64,000 nucleotides of DNA from positions 7,564,001 to 7,628,000 of the forward strand of contig NW_024704749.1 in the NCBI RefSeq assembly GCF_018977255.1, in the 5' to 3' direction. The position numbers and the translations under genes are program-made. Shown piece after piece: positions 1 to 12,839 of the stretch (its first letter is position 1; every line of letters begins with the position of its first letter). Origin of the DNA: Callorhinchus milii (taxonomy: Eukaryota). Under the pieces are notes generated by a model, which made no database searches, had not been told where the DNA came from, and saw only the letters and a list, made by a program, of their open reading frames with translations.

Positions 1-59
1 TATCCCCCTTTCCCTCCCCACCGGAGCCGCCGTTGTCCGGCCGCGGGCTTCCCTCTCGC

Positions 60-490
60 CTCGCCGCCCCCCCGCCCGGAGGCTTGTGGAAGCTTCTGGA
101 AGCCGCCAAAACCCACCCGCACCGCACCGCCCGCAACACCCCCCCCCCACCTCCTCCGTCAAAAAAAAATATAAAGTACCTTCATGACAGTCGTTCGCCG
201 ACCGCGTCCCCAAAGCGCGCGGACATGACAGGAGCCGCCGGCGGAGGCGGCGGCGGCGAGAGGCGGCGGAGGCTCCCGAGCACCGGACACACCGCGCTCT
301 CGGCCCCGTCCCGCCTGTCAATCACCGCTCACAGGGGGCGGGGGAGACGCGCGAGAGCCGCCCACCCATTGGTTAGCCCGGCTGCCAATCACCCCGCAAG
401 CGGGCGTGAGCGCAAGCGGATTGGTGAGCGGATCGTCATGGCAATCACTGCCGCTCCTCCCCATTGGTCAATGCACGTGCCAATCAATCA
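60..490 (-). promoter_or_regulatory. CpG-island promoter and first exon, an inverted paralog of the RNF34 promoter/exon 1 (ATG AAG|GT at 185-178)
   Basis: The reverse complement of 173-243 nearly matches 15179-15250. ccggtgctcgggagcc, the TSS-region motif, the CCAAT array and the HSE also correspond. Confidence 0.8.
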
Positions 491-552
491 ATCAATCAGT
501 CAGTCAGTCAATCAATCAATCAATCAATCAGTCAGTCAGTCAGTCAGTCAGT
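481..552 (+). repeat. (AATC)n/(AGTC)n microsatellite
   Basis: Directly visible. Confidence 0.95.
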
Positions 553-970
553 CGCTGGTGGAGCCCAACCCTCACTGTGTGCTGGAGCCCAAGTGGTCTG
601 AGTGCCACTCCGAGTCTTCGTGGCCACAGGTGGTGGAGCAGTGCCTGTTTGGCAGCACGTCTTGTGGCACTGCAGCGTAGGCAGTGGCTTCGGGAAAATT
701 TGTTTACCCGGTGTTCATTCGAATAATCCTTCCATGTGAAACAGCACTTCATCCCGTTGCCCGGTAGCCTGAAAGCGATTCACGGTATGCGCACGCGGTA
801 TTGCAGCAAAGTGGTGCGACTGTGTAATTTTGTGAGCTCCCAATTGCTTAAGAGCCTTCCCGAAAGGAAGCCAGAAAGGGACGCGAGAAAGGGTTAGAAA
901 CCCAGGACCATCCTCGGCAAGTTCCCAATGACAGCGGTAGGCAAAAACGGGAGTGTGTTCTTTGTATATA

Positions 971-976
971 TTTATT
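971..976 (-). terminator. Probable ANAPC5 polyadenylation signal (AATAAA)
   Basis: tttatt on the + strand, about 180 nt past the ANAPC5 stop. Confidence 0.55.
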
Positions 977-1156
977 TAGACTCTTAACCTCAGTGTAAAT
1001 AAAACCAAAGTCCGACGATTGACTTAAACATCAATCTGTTGTGTTCGCTGTTTCCAGGAGTCAGTGATGCTCAATCAGCAAGGTTGCCGATGATCAACTG
1101 ATTTTACTGGATGAAAATTCCACATTGTACAGGTTGTTGTATTCAATGCACTGACG

Positions 1157-4100
1157 CTAGGACAGAAGGGGCACTCCGTAGGTCGGCAGCTCCTGGTGCA
1201 GTTGCCGAAACATCATAGCGCACTTGTTCCTCTCTTGCGTCTTGTTGAGGCTGTTGAACAGTCTGGCCTGCATGTAAAGGACTTCCCGTATTCGCTCTTT
1301 GCAGTCGGCCTTCTCAAAATAGATCTTGGCTTCGTTTAGGTTTTGAATGGCGGATTCCAAAGCTTCAAAACGAGAGGAAAAAAAATACATCATACTATTA
1401 AAAAAATGTGGCATTCATTGTACAGATTGGATGCTGTATTTAATAATGTGGAGTGCTGCAGCGTATTGATTAGAGCACTCGCCTCGCAAGCGAGAGGACC
1501 TGGGTTTGATTCCCTGGGCAGCGCGAAACATTAGGCAAGTTTCCTTACTCCACACGCCTCGCTTTACCTAGCAGTAAGTAGGAACACGGTTGTTAGTCAA
1601 ATTGCGGATTGCTTTTCCGGGGGTAATAAAAATCGCCCCAAGAAATAAACAACTGTTTGTGGGACACTGCTGTGCACAATTAGCTGCTGCATTTCGCCCA
1701 GAAAATATAGTCAAATCGCTTTACAGTATATCCTGTGAAGTGTTTTGAGATATCTCCACAACATAAGGCATTATCAAATACAAGGAATATTATTTTTATT
1801 ATTATAAGTTTGCTGCTGTAGAATTAAAAGTACACGGACCACAGCAGAGACTAAAGTTCAAAAACCTTACCCTCTGTTTTTTGTTGAGGGGAGTAGGAGG
1901 CCGCAGACGCAACTTGACACTTGGCCAACAGCAGCATAGCACGGCCTCTGTCCAAGACATTGCCATGAGCCAGGATAGGTTCTATGGCCATGTGCAGCAC
2001 ACTCAAAGCCTGTTCCGGAACTCCAAGCATCAGCTGGAAAATATAAATAAACTTTGCTCACATTTACTACAGAAATACATCTGCTAAAGATCAAAATGCT
2101 ACAAACACAACTTCCATCATTCATGCATGTTAGGTAGGCACAACAGTTTATACATTCTAACACCTTTCATCTTGGGAGGACGTCTGAAAGCACTTTCAGC
2201 TCACCAAGCGCTACCCTGCGTGAGGAGTGCTTATATAAATACAATTGTATAAATATTTTTGTTGTTGTTGACCAGGAGCTCGTAAAGCTGAGGAGGGGAG
2301 GATAAATGTGGCCGAAAGCTCATTTGAAGAGATGGGTCTTCTGGTGGGTTTTGAAGGCAGATGGAGGGGGAAAGGCGGAGGGACTCCGGGATTGAGTTCC
2401 AGAGAACTGGGGCAGAGTGGCTGAATATTAATAAGAATCCTTGCATTTGATACAGTGCCTTATCACGTCATTGAGACACTTCACAGGATGTACTGTAAAG
2501 TGGATTGACTGTGCATTATGTGGGCAAAACGCAGAAGACTTGTTCCGAGGTGGCGGGAAGTGAAGCAGGCTGGTGTTTGCTTGGGTACAGCGCTAGAAGG
2601 TTGCCATATGGACCGGAACTCACCTGAGAAAATGCCAAATGTAAGATGGCTTCAGAAGCCAGATACTCCAAGTGATATTCACGACTCAGAGCCAAGGCTT
2701 TGAGGAGTAGAGGAACTGCAATTGTGTGACATGAGGAACGCCAGAACAACTCTGCCTCAACAATCAGCACTCTATAAATAAAAAAACAACTTATTACTCC
2801 CCCCAGAAAAGCGATCCGTCAATCGACTAACAACCGGATTCCTACTTACTGTTAGGTAAGCAGAGGTGTGTGCGCGGAGTAAAGAAACTTGCCTAAAGTT
2901 TTGCCCTGCCTGTGAATTGAACCTGGGTTGTCTTGCTTGCCAGGCGAGCAGGCTAACCACTTTGCTAAGGGATTCTACCCCAATATTATAGATTCACACA
3001 AAAAGGAACAAAAACAAAAAAAACTTTTTAGGGGAAAAGTGGCTTGTGTTTTTCTTCCCTTCCATCCAATTGAAGTGAGTCAGGAAACCCATTCCCAGGC
3101 GTCTGAAAAGGAAATAAATAAAGACCAGAAAACCCTGGGAATGTGCCACAGGTCAATCAGCATCTGATAAAGCAAGCAAATATTAATCAGTTCCGATTCC
3201 ACTTGGCAAGCTTGTGCTATTTATATCCATCAAACTACATAAGGCTGTCTTAGTTTCATCTGTAACAAAGTTTAAAAAAAACGAAAGCAGAATTGCCAGT
3301 ACTGAAGTCGAGTCACACTGCTTCCCATGGTTAGCTGTGTGAACATAGGAACATGCCATAGGAGTAGGCCATTCAGCCCCTCAAGCCTGTTCTGTCATTT
3401 TATTAGACCATGGCTGATCTGTACATCAACTCCAATTACTCATCTTTGCTCTATATCTCTTGATACCCTGACCTAACAAAATTTGAATGGATCCAGCATC
3501 TACAGTGTTTTGGGTAGGGAGAGAGTTCCAAATTTCCACTACCCTCTGCATGACACCCAATGTTCAGTACTGGAAAGATAACGCATGCATTCATTCCAAC
3601 TTACTTGATCAACAATTCTGTAGATTTCTTTTTCTGACAATGGACCAGCAGCTTCTGCAGGAGTTTGTAGGCTTCCGTTATCTGGTTCTGTGCTTTCAGC
3701 ACAATCGCTTTTCTTGAGGGGGGCCACAAAAGAGAGAAGAGGTGAATGGGGGTGGGGATGGGGAGCGCTATGATCTTCTATCAACTGCTATAACATTTAT
3801 AGAGATTCAATTAGAGCACATTCACTCAAGCGTGTGGCAGCATTCATGCCATTTATTTATACAAAGTCCCATTCTTCACTGCAATCCAGCAATGTATTCA
3901 ATTATAATATAATAATCCTTGCATTTGATATAGAACCTTAGCATGTCTTCGCGACGTCTCACAGAATATACTGTAAAGTGAATTGACTGTATATTTTGTG
4001 GACGAAACGTATACTGAAGCAAGATTACAATTTGAAGCCATTTTATGTTAAGCCCTTCAGGATTTGTCCCTACCTGTACAGACCCTCTGCCCCATTAAGT

Positions 4101-7100
4101 GCGGCGATGCCAGGGACGAGGGATTCAGCGATGTGATATTTTCCATCGCTCATTGCTCGGTTAAATTGTATCTTTTGGTCAAACAGCATCCAAAGCTTTC
4201 AGATAATAAAGGAGGGAAAGAACTGGTCAGAAGCATGCAGACTGTTTGTGCTTTGTATTAACTCAATAGCAAGCAAGAAGAAAATGTATTTTTATAGTTG
4301 CTTATCAGATAAAGAAAACTTTCAATGTGCTTTACAATAATTACCAGTGGCTTTTGAATAATAATCAAATACTTTAGTGAAAAGGTGAATGATTAATTTA
4401 TCTGGAGCATGGTTGGCTTGGAAACCAGGCAAATCTCCCATTCCCTTTTGAATAGTCATGGTATTTTTAGTGTCAGCCTGAACAGGCAGACAGGACCTTG
4501 GTTTGTTTTATTTGAAGGATGGCAGCTCTGATAATGCACCACTCTCCCATTACTTCATAGAGGTATGAGCTTGGTCTACAAACTAAAGTCTTGATATGCA
4601 ACTTGAACCCACAATCTAACTGGACAAGCAGTGGGAAAGCTTGCCAGATAGCAATATCAATATTTTTAGCGGGTTAGACTCCAGCAGTTACCCCCAACAA
4701 ACACTCTAGGATCCCCTAGCCTTAGCCCCTGCCAACCTGTGCCTAATACTTTCCGGAATTAGGTAAGCAGGATGGTCCCTCCAGGGAGAGAGAGTGCGCA
4801 TTCCATTCCAACAATCTATCTCTGAGATTTCCATGTGTAAGTGGGATTCATGGAAATCTCAGCTTTGTTTGGATTCTCTTAAGCATCCCGATCGGTTTCC
4901 ACATGTGTCAAGACACCCAGCTGACCAAAAAGAAACTACCTATTGAGCCAGAAATGATTAAGCAAATTGGTTTACAAATTCAGCGTTGAAAGATACAGTG
5001 CAACTGACTGCTCTGCTACCAGTAACTGACCTTTGCATACTGGCTGTGTGTCGGAAAACGATCTTTCAAGTGTTTCAGGATTTCAGAAGCGGCAGCATAA
5101 TAGCCCTGTAAATAGCAAAATCGTCAGGTGCAGATTATGTAGACGGTAACCAGCAAGTGAAGCATATTGTCATGGGCAGCTAATGAAACAGAAACAATTT
5201 TATCAGTTAGAAAGGAAATGAAGTATATACCAGATATTAAGATATAAATTGCTCAGGTTACAAGGGGTACAATGCTACGCCGCCGCCCTCTCGTGGCCGG
5301 GCTCAGTAACTGCGCCATTCTCTCCATCCAAAAAGAACGTACTATTTATTTGCTCAAAAGTATAAAAGGTTAACGTTGATCAAAGCTCTCATTACATTTG
5401 CAAGGTTGCGACCAGTACTGGACCTCTAATGAGATTGTGCTCTGTGAAATTTAAGCCACCCCATGGCACATTACCATGACTAACGTTAACTCTTCCCCTT
5501 TACTTTTTTTCCCTGACTGTGGGATGTGCGAAATGGGTGGGGACAGAAAAGAGAAAGGGGTAGAAAGAGGCACATTCAGATCATTTTCTTTTTTAAAAAA
5601 AAAGGAAAATTGATAAAAAGTATTCTCACACTCCAATAAAAACTCTCATTGACTACTTTTTTCTTTTGAAAAATAGATGAGCAAATAATGTTTAATAGTA
5701 ATGATCCAGCAAACACAATCTCCAACACTCACCTGTTCTGCATGAAGTTCAGCCAAGTGACAGAGCACCACAGCCATTGCCTCAGTATTGTTCTGATGAA
5801 TGTCCATGCTCACAGACTCCAGGCTGTGCATGTACAGGAGCAGCTGTGCTTGCTGTAGGGCCATGGTGCTGCCAAGTTACACAACATTTAAATGTGAGCT
5901 GTCTGAATGTGTACACGCGTAAAGAATGATGAGCCCTGGCTCACCGGGCAAACGTACCATTTAATTCAGCATTGAGCCAGACAAACCACCGCCAACAACA
6001 ACAAATTACATTGGTACTGGATCCATTCAAAATATCAAGGCTGAGGTGGATAGATTTTTGTTAGGTCAGGGTATTGAGCGATATGGGGCAAAGGTGGGTA
6101 TTTGGAGTTGAGTGGAATGGGCTAGAGGGGCTGAATAGCCTACTCCTGTTCCTACATTTATATAGCGCCTTTCACGTCAGAAGGACGTCCCAAGCTGCTG
6201 GACAGTTAAGGGTTTGCACCTGAGCTCGGGGTTGGAATCAAGAGGGCTTGAGGGTAGGGAGAGTGGGGGTGGGAGTGTGGCCACAGGCAAGGACTTGAGA
6301 CGGGCTTTGAAGGAGGAGAAAGGCGGTGGAGGGATTCGGGGATAAAGTTCCAGAGGGTGGGGACAGGTTTGCATCTTAGTTTGCTCAGACACCACCTGAC
6401 GTTGCCCTAGGCAATAGTGCATCAACACTCTTGGCTTCAAAGGTTGGAGGAAATCAGTCAGTGCTCTCCCAGGAATGTACTGCGATGTTAGGCCAAACTA
6501 TGAGCTCAAGCCCACAACATGCACTGAATTAACAACGATCGAGAATGTAACTCATACGTACCTTTGACCGTACATTTTCCAAATTGCAGTTTTCTGTGCT
6601 ATGCTAACGTCAATAAGTTCTGAAAGGCCGTGTTTCCAATGCAACATGTCAGAGTCCTTCATGGCATCCATTAGCTTGTTTGCTGACCTGCCAGAAAAGG
6701 CCCTTTGTTGGACCAGGGATTGGATGCCCAGGGAAGCTAAGTACTACAGATAGAAGAGAAAGAGCATATATTTCTATCACACCTAGTTACGTCAAAATGT
6801 CTCAAAAGCTAATCACAAATCGAGATCTTCAAGTAATTACTGTCCAGTGTCCTAAACTCTTGTAGGCAAACACGGCTGCTATTTGCACACAATCTTCCCA
6901 CATGAGACAAGTGAATGAATTAACCTGGAGGAGTGTTGAGGAGTACACCTGGAGATGTGCCTCTCTCTTTCAAATAACGTCATGGGACGCGATAAGCTCA
7001 AATTGTTCAAAAGAACAAAGGGTATATNAAAAAAATCTTCCAAACAGGGGTAGAAATTTACAGCTATTTTATGAAGTTTGCCTCTTTAAAACATGCTCAT

Positions 7101-10100
7101 TTGATGAAGATTTTGCTTTGAGAGTTTAATACAGAAAGCCACTCACAGGTAAGCCAAGTTGTCCTGCTTTTTTCACTGAGTGTTCAACAAGAATTGTGTT
7201 ATCCGATCCTTTCATCTGGTCGAGTATGTACAGCCAACTCTATTAAAAATGAAAGATCAATAGATGAAGCTGGATACAGCACACATAATAAGAATAATTA
7301 TCATCATCCTTGCATTTAATATAGCGCCTCACCACATCGTTGAGATGTCTCAAATCGTTTCACAGGATAACACTGTAAAGTGGATTAACTGTATTTTGTG
7401 GGAAAAACGCAGCAGCCAGTTTACGTGCAATCTACAACCACGAAGCACTAAATGAATTCAAACAGCACACTTAAAGAGAGAAAGAGTCTGTCTCTGTCAC
7501 CCCATCAACCTTACCAAGCAGTGCTGTAAACACACATGGTCACTGGATTCCTGTGCAATACGTATAGCTTCCTGTAAGGCAAACTGGGCCTGCTCACTAC
7601 AGAAACAATAAGAGAAAAGGCAGTCAGAAGAGCAGAGATGTTCTCTTAATTAATAAGAAGCACATAACTTTCCTAATAAACTAGTATAACAAGAAAAAGC
7701 TGTACAGGGGGGGTCAGCCAGAACTGTACTCCAGCATGTCACTCCCTTCAGAAGAGAGAAGAACATTTCTATTAGATAACTTGAGGCAACAATAATAACA
7801 ATAATCCTTGCATTTGATATAGCACCTTATTACGTCGTTGAGATGTCTCAAAGCACTTCACAGGATATACTGTAAAGTGAATTGACTGTAAATTTTGTGG
7901 GTGAAACAAATCTATAACAATAATCTGGGTACTGTGCAGTTTAAACTGAGCTGCATATGATTCTCACTCCAGAGAATGTACCGGTAAGTAAAACACATAT
8001 TTGATCCTGAGATGCTTACTGGTGGCCAAATCTACAGTTCAGAGCAGCAAGATTGAGTGCTGCATATCGCAGACTTCGTCCAAATCCATCCTCTCCACTG
8101 CTTTTGCTGTCGCTGCCGGTAAGGATTAATCTATCGAAGTAGTGTAGGAGGCTGTGCATGGCACTGAAATAGTCCTGTACACGCAGACTGTTCAGGTAGC
8201 TCAGGTAATGCTGAAACAAACACAAGATTTCAACTCTTGAATTTATGGTCCATGATAGGAATTTAAGTACCTATACAGAAAAAAAAAACAAATGTGTGGT
8301 GAATTTGAATACTCACAGCTTCTGCGAAATCTGGATTGAATTTCAGCAAGTTGTTGAGTTCCTTCTGTAGAGTGGCCGGTGAGAGTGCTTTGTTTTCATT
8401 ATTTTTCAACAGAGAGGCCTGCAAAATTTAACATTCACAATGGTACATAGCAATAGGAGGAGGCCATTCAGCCCCTCGAGCCTGTTCTGCCATTCAATTA
8501 GATCATGGCTGATCTGTACCTCAACTCCAATTGCCTTTTGGGAGAGTGAGTTACAGATTTCCGCTATCCTTTGCATGCGTGAAAAAATGCTTCCTGATTT
8601 CACTTCTAAATGGCCCCTTGTTCTGGATTCCCCCACCAGAGGAAATAGTTTCTCTGCAGTTACCCCTATTAAATCCTTTTATCATTTTAAACACCTCAAT
8701 CAGATCACCCCTCACCCGGAATGACACATGCGTCATTCGTCCAGGGCCAAGCTGGTGCGCATGGAACAATGACATTCGTCTTAGCTTTTAAATCCAGTCT
8801 GAGCGGTGCTTTGTTCTATACTTGTACAAGATTATCACTGTACAGTATTAACCGTACTCTGCAACAGGAGCTTGCGATATGTTCTGTGTGGGTCAAGGAG
8901 AATCAGAACAGATCCATCCAATTTATGTGCTTTAATATCTATTTATTAACCGTAGCTGTAGCCCAAGACTAGATAGGCACTCAACTGCAAGTCTGCTCTA
9001 TACTTCTTCCCACATCTCAGTTCTGCACGGCCACAATTTCCGTTCAGCAAACAATACGTGACTAATCCTTGCAGTGTAGAAACACAGAAATATAAAAACT
9101 TTGTAACAAGAGTAGGTCATTCAGCCCCTCAAGCCTGTTCCGCCATTCTATAAGATCATGACAGATCTCTACCTCAACTCCAATTACCCGCCCATACCCC
9201 TTGATACCCTTACCTAACAAATATCTATGTATCTATCACAGGGGATGTAAAAACTTATCTGCTCAGCAAGTTTTGGACTGGATAGAACGTTTACAGCAGA
9301 GAGGTCCATTTAGCCCATCATGTCTTTTGTGCTGGTTCTAGCTCCCCCACTGGAACCCTCTACTCTAAACCAATTCCCTTTAGCCCTTTGTTATTTTCAC
9401 GTCAGGAGGACATCCCTGAGTCCCAAACCATGAGACGTATGAAATATATCCATGTGCCACTTTGACCAATGCCCACCCAATGTTCCACTCTCTGCCTGCC
9501 CACATCACAACCCTTTACGAAGACACGAGGCAATACTATACCTGTTCAGCGAGAAAATATTCTGCCTGTTTCTGGGATAGAGGCCCTCTGTCAATGACTT
9601 CATCATCCCTGTCAAACAACATCAGAGTCAACATGTTAACCGTGAAAATAGACAATAGGGGACAAAATAGAAATTGAAGATGGCAAACACCTAAACCTAC
9701 TTCTCCCCCCTTTAACCCATTAGCCAGAAATCTTGGTGTTAGTTAACCTACAGCAACTTACACAGGTTCTCACATAGCAGTGAGAGCCGCTCTGCAGGCT
9801 CCATGTACCATGTCCTGCCTGGCCCACCATCAGCAGTCAGGCCTTCAACCTCTCTGCCCCCACCTTTTGGAACTCCGTCCCACAATGCCTTCACCCTGTT
9901 CCCTCCCTTATCTCCTTCAAGGCACGTCTCAAAACCCTCAAAACCCTACTCTTTGACCAGGTCTTCGTTCACTCTCCTACCCCTTCCCTCCACCTCAAAC
10001 TCCCTTCTCGGGTCCAAATCCCTGACTGTCAAGCACCTTGGGATGTTCTCCAGACGTGAAAGGCACTATACAAATGTAATTTGTTGTTGTTGTTTCAAAG

Positions 10101-11680
10101 CACTTTACAGAGACGGATTGAGCAAGGTGGGAAAAGGAGGGGAAAGTATGACAATGCAGAGTCAGAGAGGTAGATTTTTGGGAGGATTCTAAAGGCTGAA
10201 TGAGAGTGAAGAGAGTAAAGGTATTAAGGTACAAAGTGTACCGTAGTCGAAACTCCAACTCCTCTTTTTCCATCTTCCCTTCCAGATCTAAAGTTGTCAA
10301 TTCCATATCTGTCTCCTCTCTTTCGGTGGCTCTTGAAGTCAAATTTTCGTAACTCTGGTAATACTGTTGCAGAGCGGTGTAAAGTTTGTAGACCTGGCTG
10401 AAGGACAGTTTATTATAAGCCAAGATCATGTGGCGTAAGAACAGACCTGCAGAAAACAGTTCATGTTAGGATTTGACTATAAATAATAGTAATACACCTT
10501 GCATTTGATATAGCGCCTTATCCCATCATTGGTACATTCACAGAATTTACTGTAAAGCAAGTTGACTGTGTATTTTGCGGGGGAAAATAAATCATGATTT
10601 TTAAATGATAAATAATTGTTTATCTGTTAATAAAAAAAATTAAATTAAAAATTAATTTCAATCACAGGAAGAGATAAATAATCATTCCCAAAATAGCACA
10701 ATTCCTACCTATCACACTTGTTTTGTGAACCGCTGGTTCGGTCCCACTGAAAACATCCTGCAGAGAATAGAAGAAATTTTCCATATCTTTCAACTCTCCT
10801 TCAGCCATCAGTACGACTCTAAAAAAAGACAGATTCAAAGTGAAATCATTCAGACATGAAACTTGTTTTTAAACAAGATCTTGGGTTTTACTAAAATAAA
10901 ATAATTTATAACAAACTGATAAAAAGTTAATTCCCAGCTACATAAAGCTATTGAAGCGGAGTTCATATACACAAAAATATAATCAACAACTTGCATTTAT
11001 ATAGCGGGGCAGTGTCTCAGAGCACTTAACAGTAGTGGAGCCTGACACCGAGCCGGGGACGGGTTCAATGGGCACAGGGAAAGGGATTAGAGCAGTCAGC
11101 TCCAATGGGAAACGAGGACTAGCATGTAGACAATAGTTGTAATCATGCTGTGATTCTATGTAAAATGGGACTTGACAGAAATAAAGATAAAATATACACA
11201 TTTACCTTGTAGTAACATCATTTGCAAGCTTAGGGCAGCATTCTCGAATAGTTTTAAGCAACTGAAGAAGAGGCATATCGGGACCCTACGAAAATAAATA
11301 TATTGGCAGATATACTTTGATGAGAAAATTATTTGTTAACTTAACAACAATCGAGCATTAGTACAGTAGTATTTAGGAGCCATTCAGTCCATCAATCCCG
11401 TTGAGGTGGAGGGATTCAGGGAGAGTGTTCCAGAGTTTCTGGATTCCCTCGAGATATGGACTCTCACCTGCAGCAAGGGCAAGATCATCTTGTTCATATG
11501 AAGCCGCCTGGTTTCAAACTCTGGCGTCCCCTGACTCTTGCAGGTGGCCATTTCGTGCAGCAAAAGCAGGATGGAGATCTTGTGCGGGGTCACCCAGTCC
11601 TTGATACCAAAGACGTTGGCGTGAACCACACCGTTGGCCATCATTGGGTTAAAGAACATGCTCTCATGAACACTGGCCAT
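1157..11680 (-). CDS. ANAPC5: Anaphase-promoting complex subunit 5 (17 coding exons, 760 aa)
   Basis: Starts MASVHESMFFNPMMANGVVHANVFGIKDWVTP and ends RQLHQELPTYGVPLLS*, matching vertebrate APC5. Exons (GT-AG): 11468-11680, 11206-11285, 10709-10818, 10242-10446, 9542-9608, 8317-8418, 8020-8210, 7515-7596, 7147-7239, 6562-6743, 5733-5868, 5031-5105, 4074-4195, 3605-3712, 2624-2771, 1871-2033, 1157-1362. Sum 2283 nt, in frame. Kozak context gcccgccATGG. Confidence 0.96.
1448..1805 (+). mobile_element. Near full-length tRNA-derived SINE with (ATT)n-type tail
   Basis: tRNA-like head ttagagcactcgcctcgcaagcgagaggacctgggtttgattccc; body tttgtgggacactgctgtgcacaatt; tail caaatacaaggaatattatt. Many copies in the window. 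Confidence 0.85.
2427..2535 (-). mobile_element. SINE 3' fragment
   Basis: aatccttgcatttgatacagtgccttatcacgtc... matches the family tail. Confidence 0.8.
2790..2977 (-). mobile_element. SINE 5' half (tRNA-like head)
   Basis: Reverse complement of the head and body seen at 1448-1630. Confidence 0.8.
3342..3550 (-). mobile_element. CR1-type LINE 3' fragment
   Basis: taggagtaggccattcagcccctcaagcctgttc...atggctgatctgtac. Related copies at ~6015-6155 (+), 8445-8810, 9095-9230 and 56770-56850. Confidence 0.7.
4400..4615 (-). mobile_element. DeuSINE-like (SacSINE1/AmnSINE1 central domain) fragment
   Basis: gaatagtcatggtatttttagtgtcagcctgaacaggcagacaggaccttggttt...gaaggatggcagctctgataatgcaccactc resembles the Deu domain as I recall it. 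Related pieces at ~13690-13800, 43555-43660, 51650-51770 and 56020-56160. Confidence 0.6.
5282..5315 (-). promoter_or_regulatory. Candidate CTCF site with upstream module, in an ANAPC5 intron
   Basis: Minus strand GCGCAGTTACTGAGCCCGGCCACGAGAGGGCGGC: close match to the CTCF core plus a GCAGT upstream motif, as a CpG-rich spot in an AT-rich intron. Confidence 0.6.
8445..8810 (-). mobile_element. CR1 LINE 3' end with degenerate ORF2 C-terminus
   Basis: Translation RVRGDLIEVFKMIKGF...FRSEIRKHFFTH is typical of the CR1 ORF2 C-terminus. Confidence 0.75.
9780..10092 (+). mobile_element. L2-type LINE 3' fragment with (GTT)n tail
   Basis: Homologous to the 3' end of the longer L2 at 44728-45600. Confidence 0.7.
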
Positions 11681-11814
11681 GGCGGGCGATGGGACGGAAT
11701 TAAACTGTCAGAAAAAACAAGACCTGAACATACGGAGAAAAAAAAGTCACTACATTTGACATCAATTCCCTGCAAAGTTCGCTCTCTGAAAGGTTTCTAT
11801 GTTAGAGGGCATGA

Positions 11815-12195
11815 GATAATAATTCCTGCATTTGATAGAGCGCCTTATCACGTCGTTCAAATGTCTCAAAGCGCGTCACAGAATATATTGCAAAGTGGAT
11901 TCATTGTATATTTTGTGGGCGAAACGCGGCAGCCAATTGCGCACAGCAGTGTCCCCACAAACAGTCGTGGACTGAAGTGACCACCAAATTATTCTTGCTA
12001 TCATTTTTTTTCGGAAGGGATTATTATCCCCGGAAAAGCGATCCGCCAATCGACTAACAACCGGGTCCCTGCTTACTGCCGGGTAAACACCGAGGCGTGC
12101 GGGTGGAGGGGTAAGGAAACTTTGCCTGAGGTTTCACCCTGCTTGGGAATCGGACCCAGATCCTCGCGCTAAACCACTGCTGCCACAGGACGCCA
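11815..12195 (-). mobile_element. Full-length tRNA-derived SINE
   Basis: Reverse complement of the 1448-1805 family. Confidence 0.85.
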
Positions 12196-12344
12196 CAGAT
12201 CGACTGCAATTTCATGTCCCAGAAAACACATGACACGACTTAATAACTGCTCAAAGAGTTAAGCAACGACTGCACGTGTGGGTGGTGCGGAGAGAGGCGG
12301 TGACAGCACTATTTTAACGTGCGCACGGTATACACTCGCAGCAG

Positions 12345-12700
12345 TAATAACAACAATAATAATCCTTGCATTTGATATAGCGCTTTTCACGTCGGGGGAG
12401 GACGTCGTCCCAAAGCGCTTCGCAGAACACACCGTAAAGTGAATCGACTGTGTATGGGTTTGTGGGCGAACGCGGCGGCCGACTGCGCGCAGCGGCGTCC
12501 GATTGAAAACGACCAATTTATTATGGTTTTGGGGGGTGTTTTTTGGGGAGGGGGTTATTATTAGGGCTGTGTGTGTGTGTGTGTGTGTGTGTGGAGTAAG
12601 GGAACCTGCCCGGGGTTTGGCCCCTGACCGGCCTGGGATTGAACCCCGGGGTCTCTCGCCACTCCAGTGCTCTTAACCACTGAGCTGCGGGGACTCCACA
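12345..12700 (-). mobile_element. tRNA-derived SINE with internal (GT)n
   Basis: Family tail at 12345-12480 and head at 12595-12700. Confidence 0.75.
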
Positions 12701-12839
12701 GTCGTGTCACGGCCATAAAGATTTTAGAGCAGTGTTCACGACAAGATTTGGGCTATTGTTTTGGCGCCAAAAGACCCCCTAACAACGACGACGACGACGA
12801 CAACAACAATATAGGCCTGAATGGGAACCTGCGGGACCC

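Noticed and set aside
33-680. 215-aa + strand ORF and its counterpart at 15160-15768 (-)
   Set aside because: Antisense read-through of GC-rich promoters plus a microsatellite. The similarity reflects the promoter duplication, not a protein.
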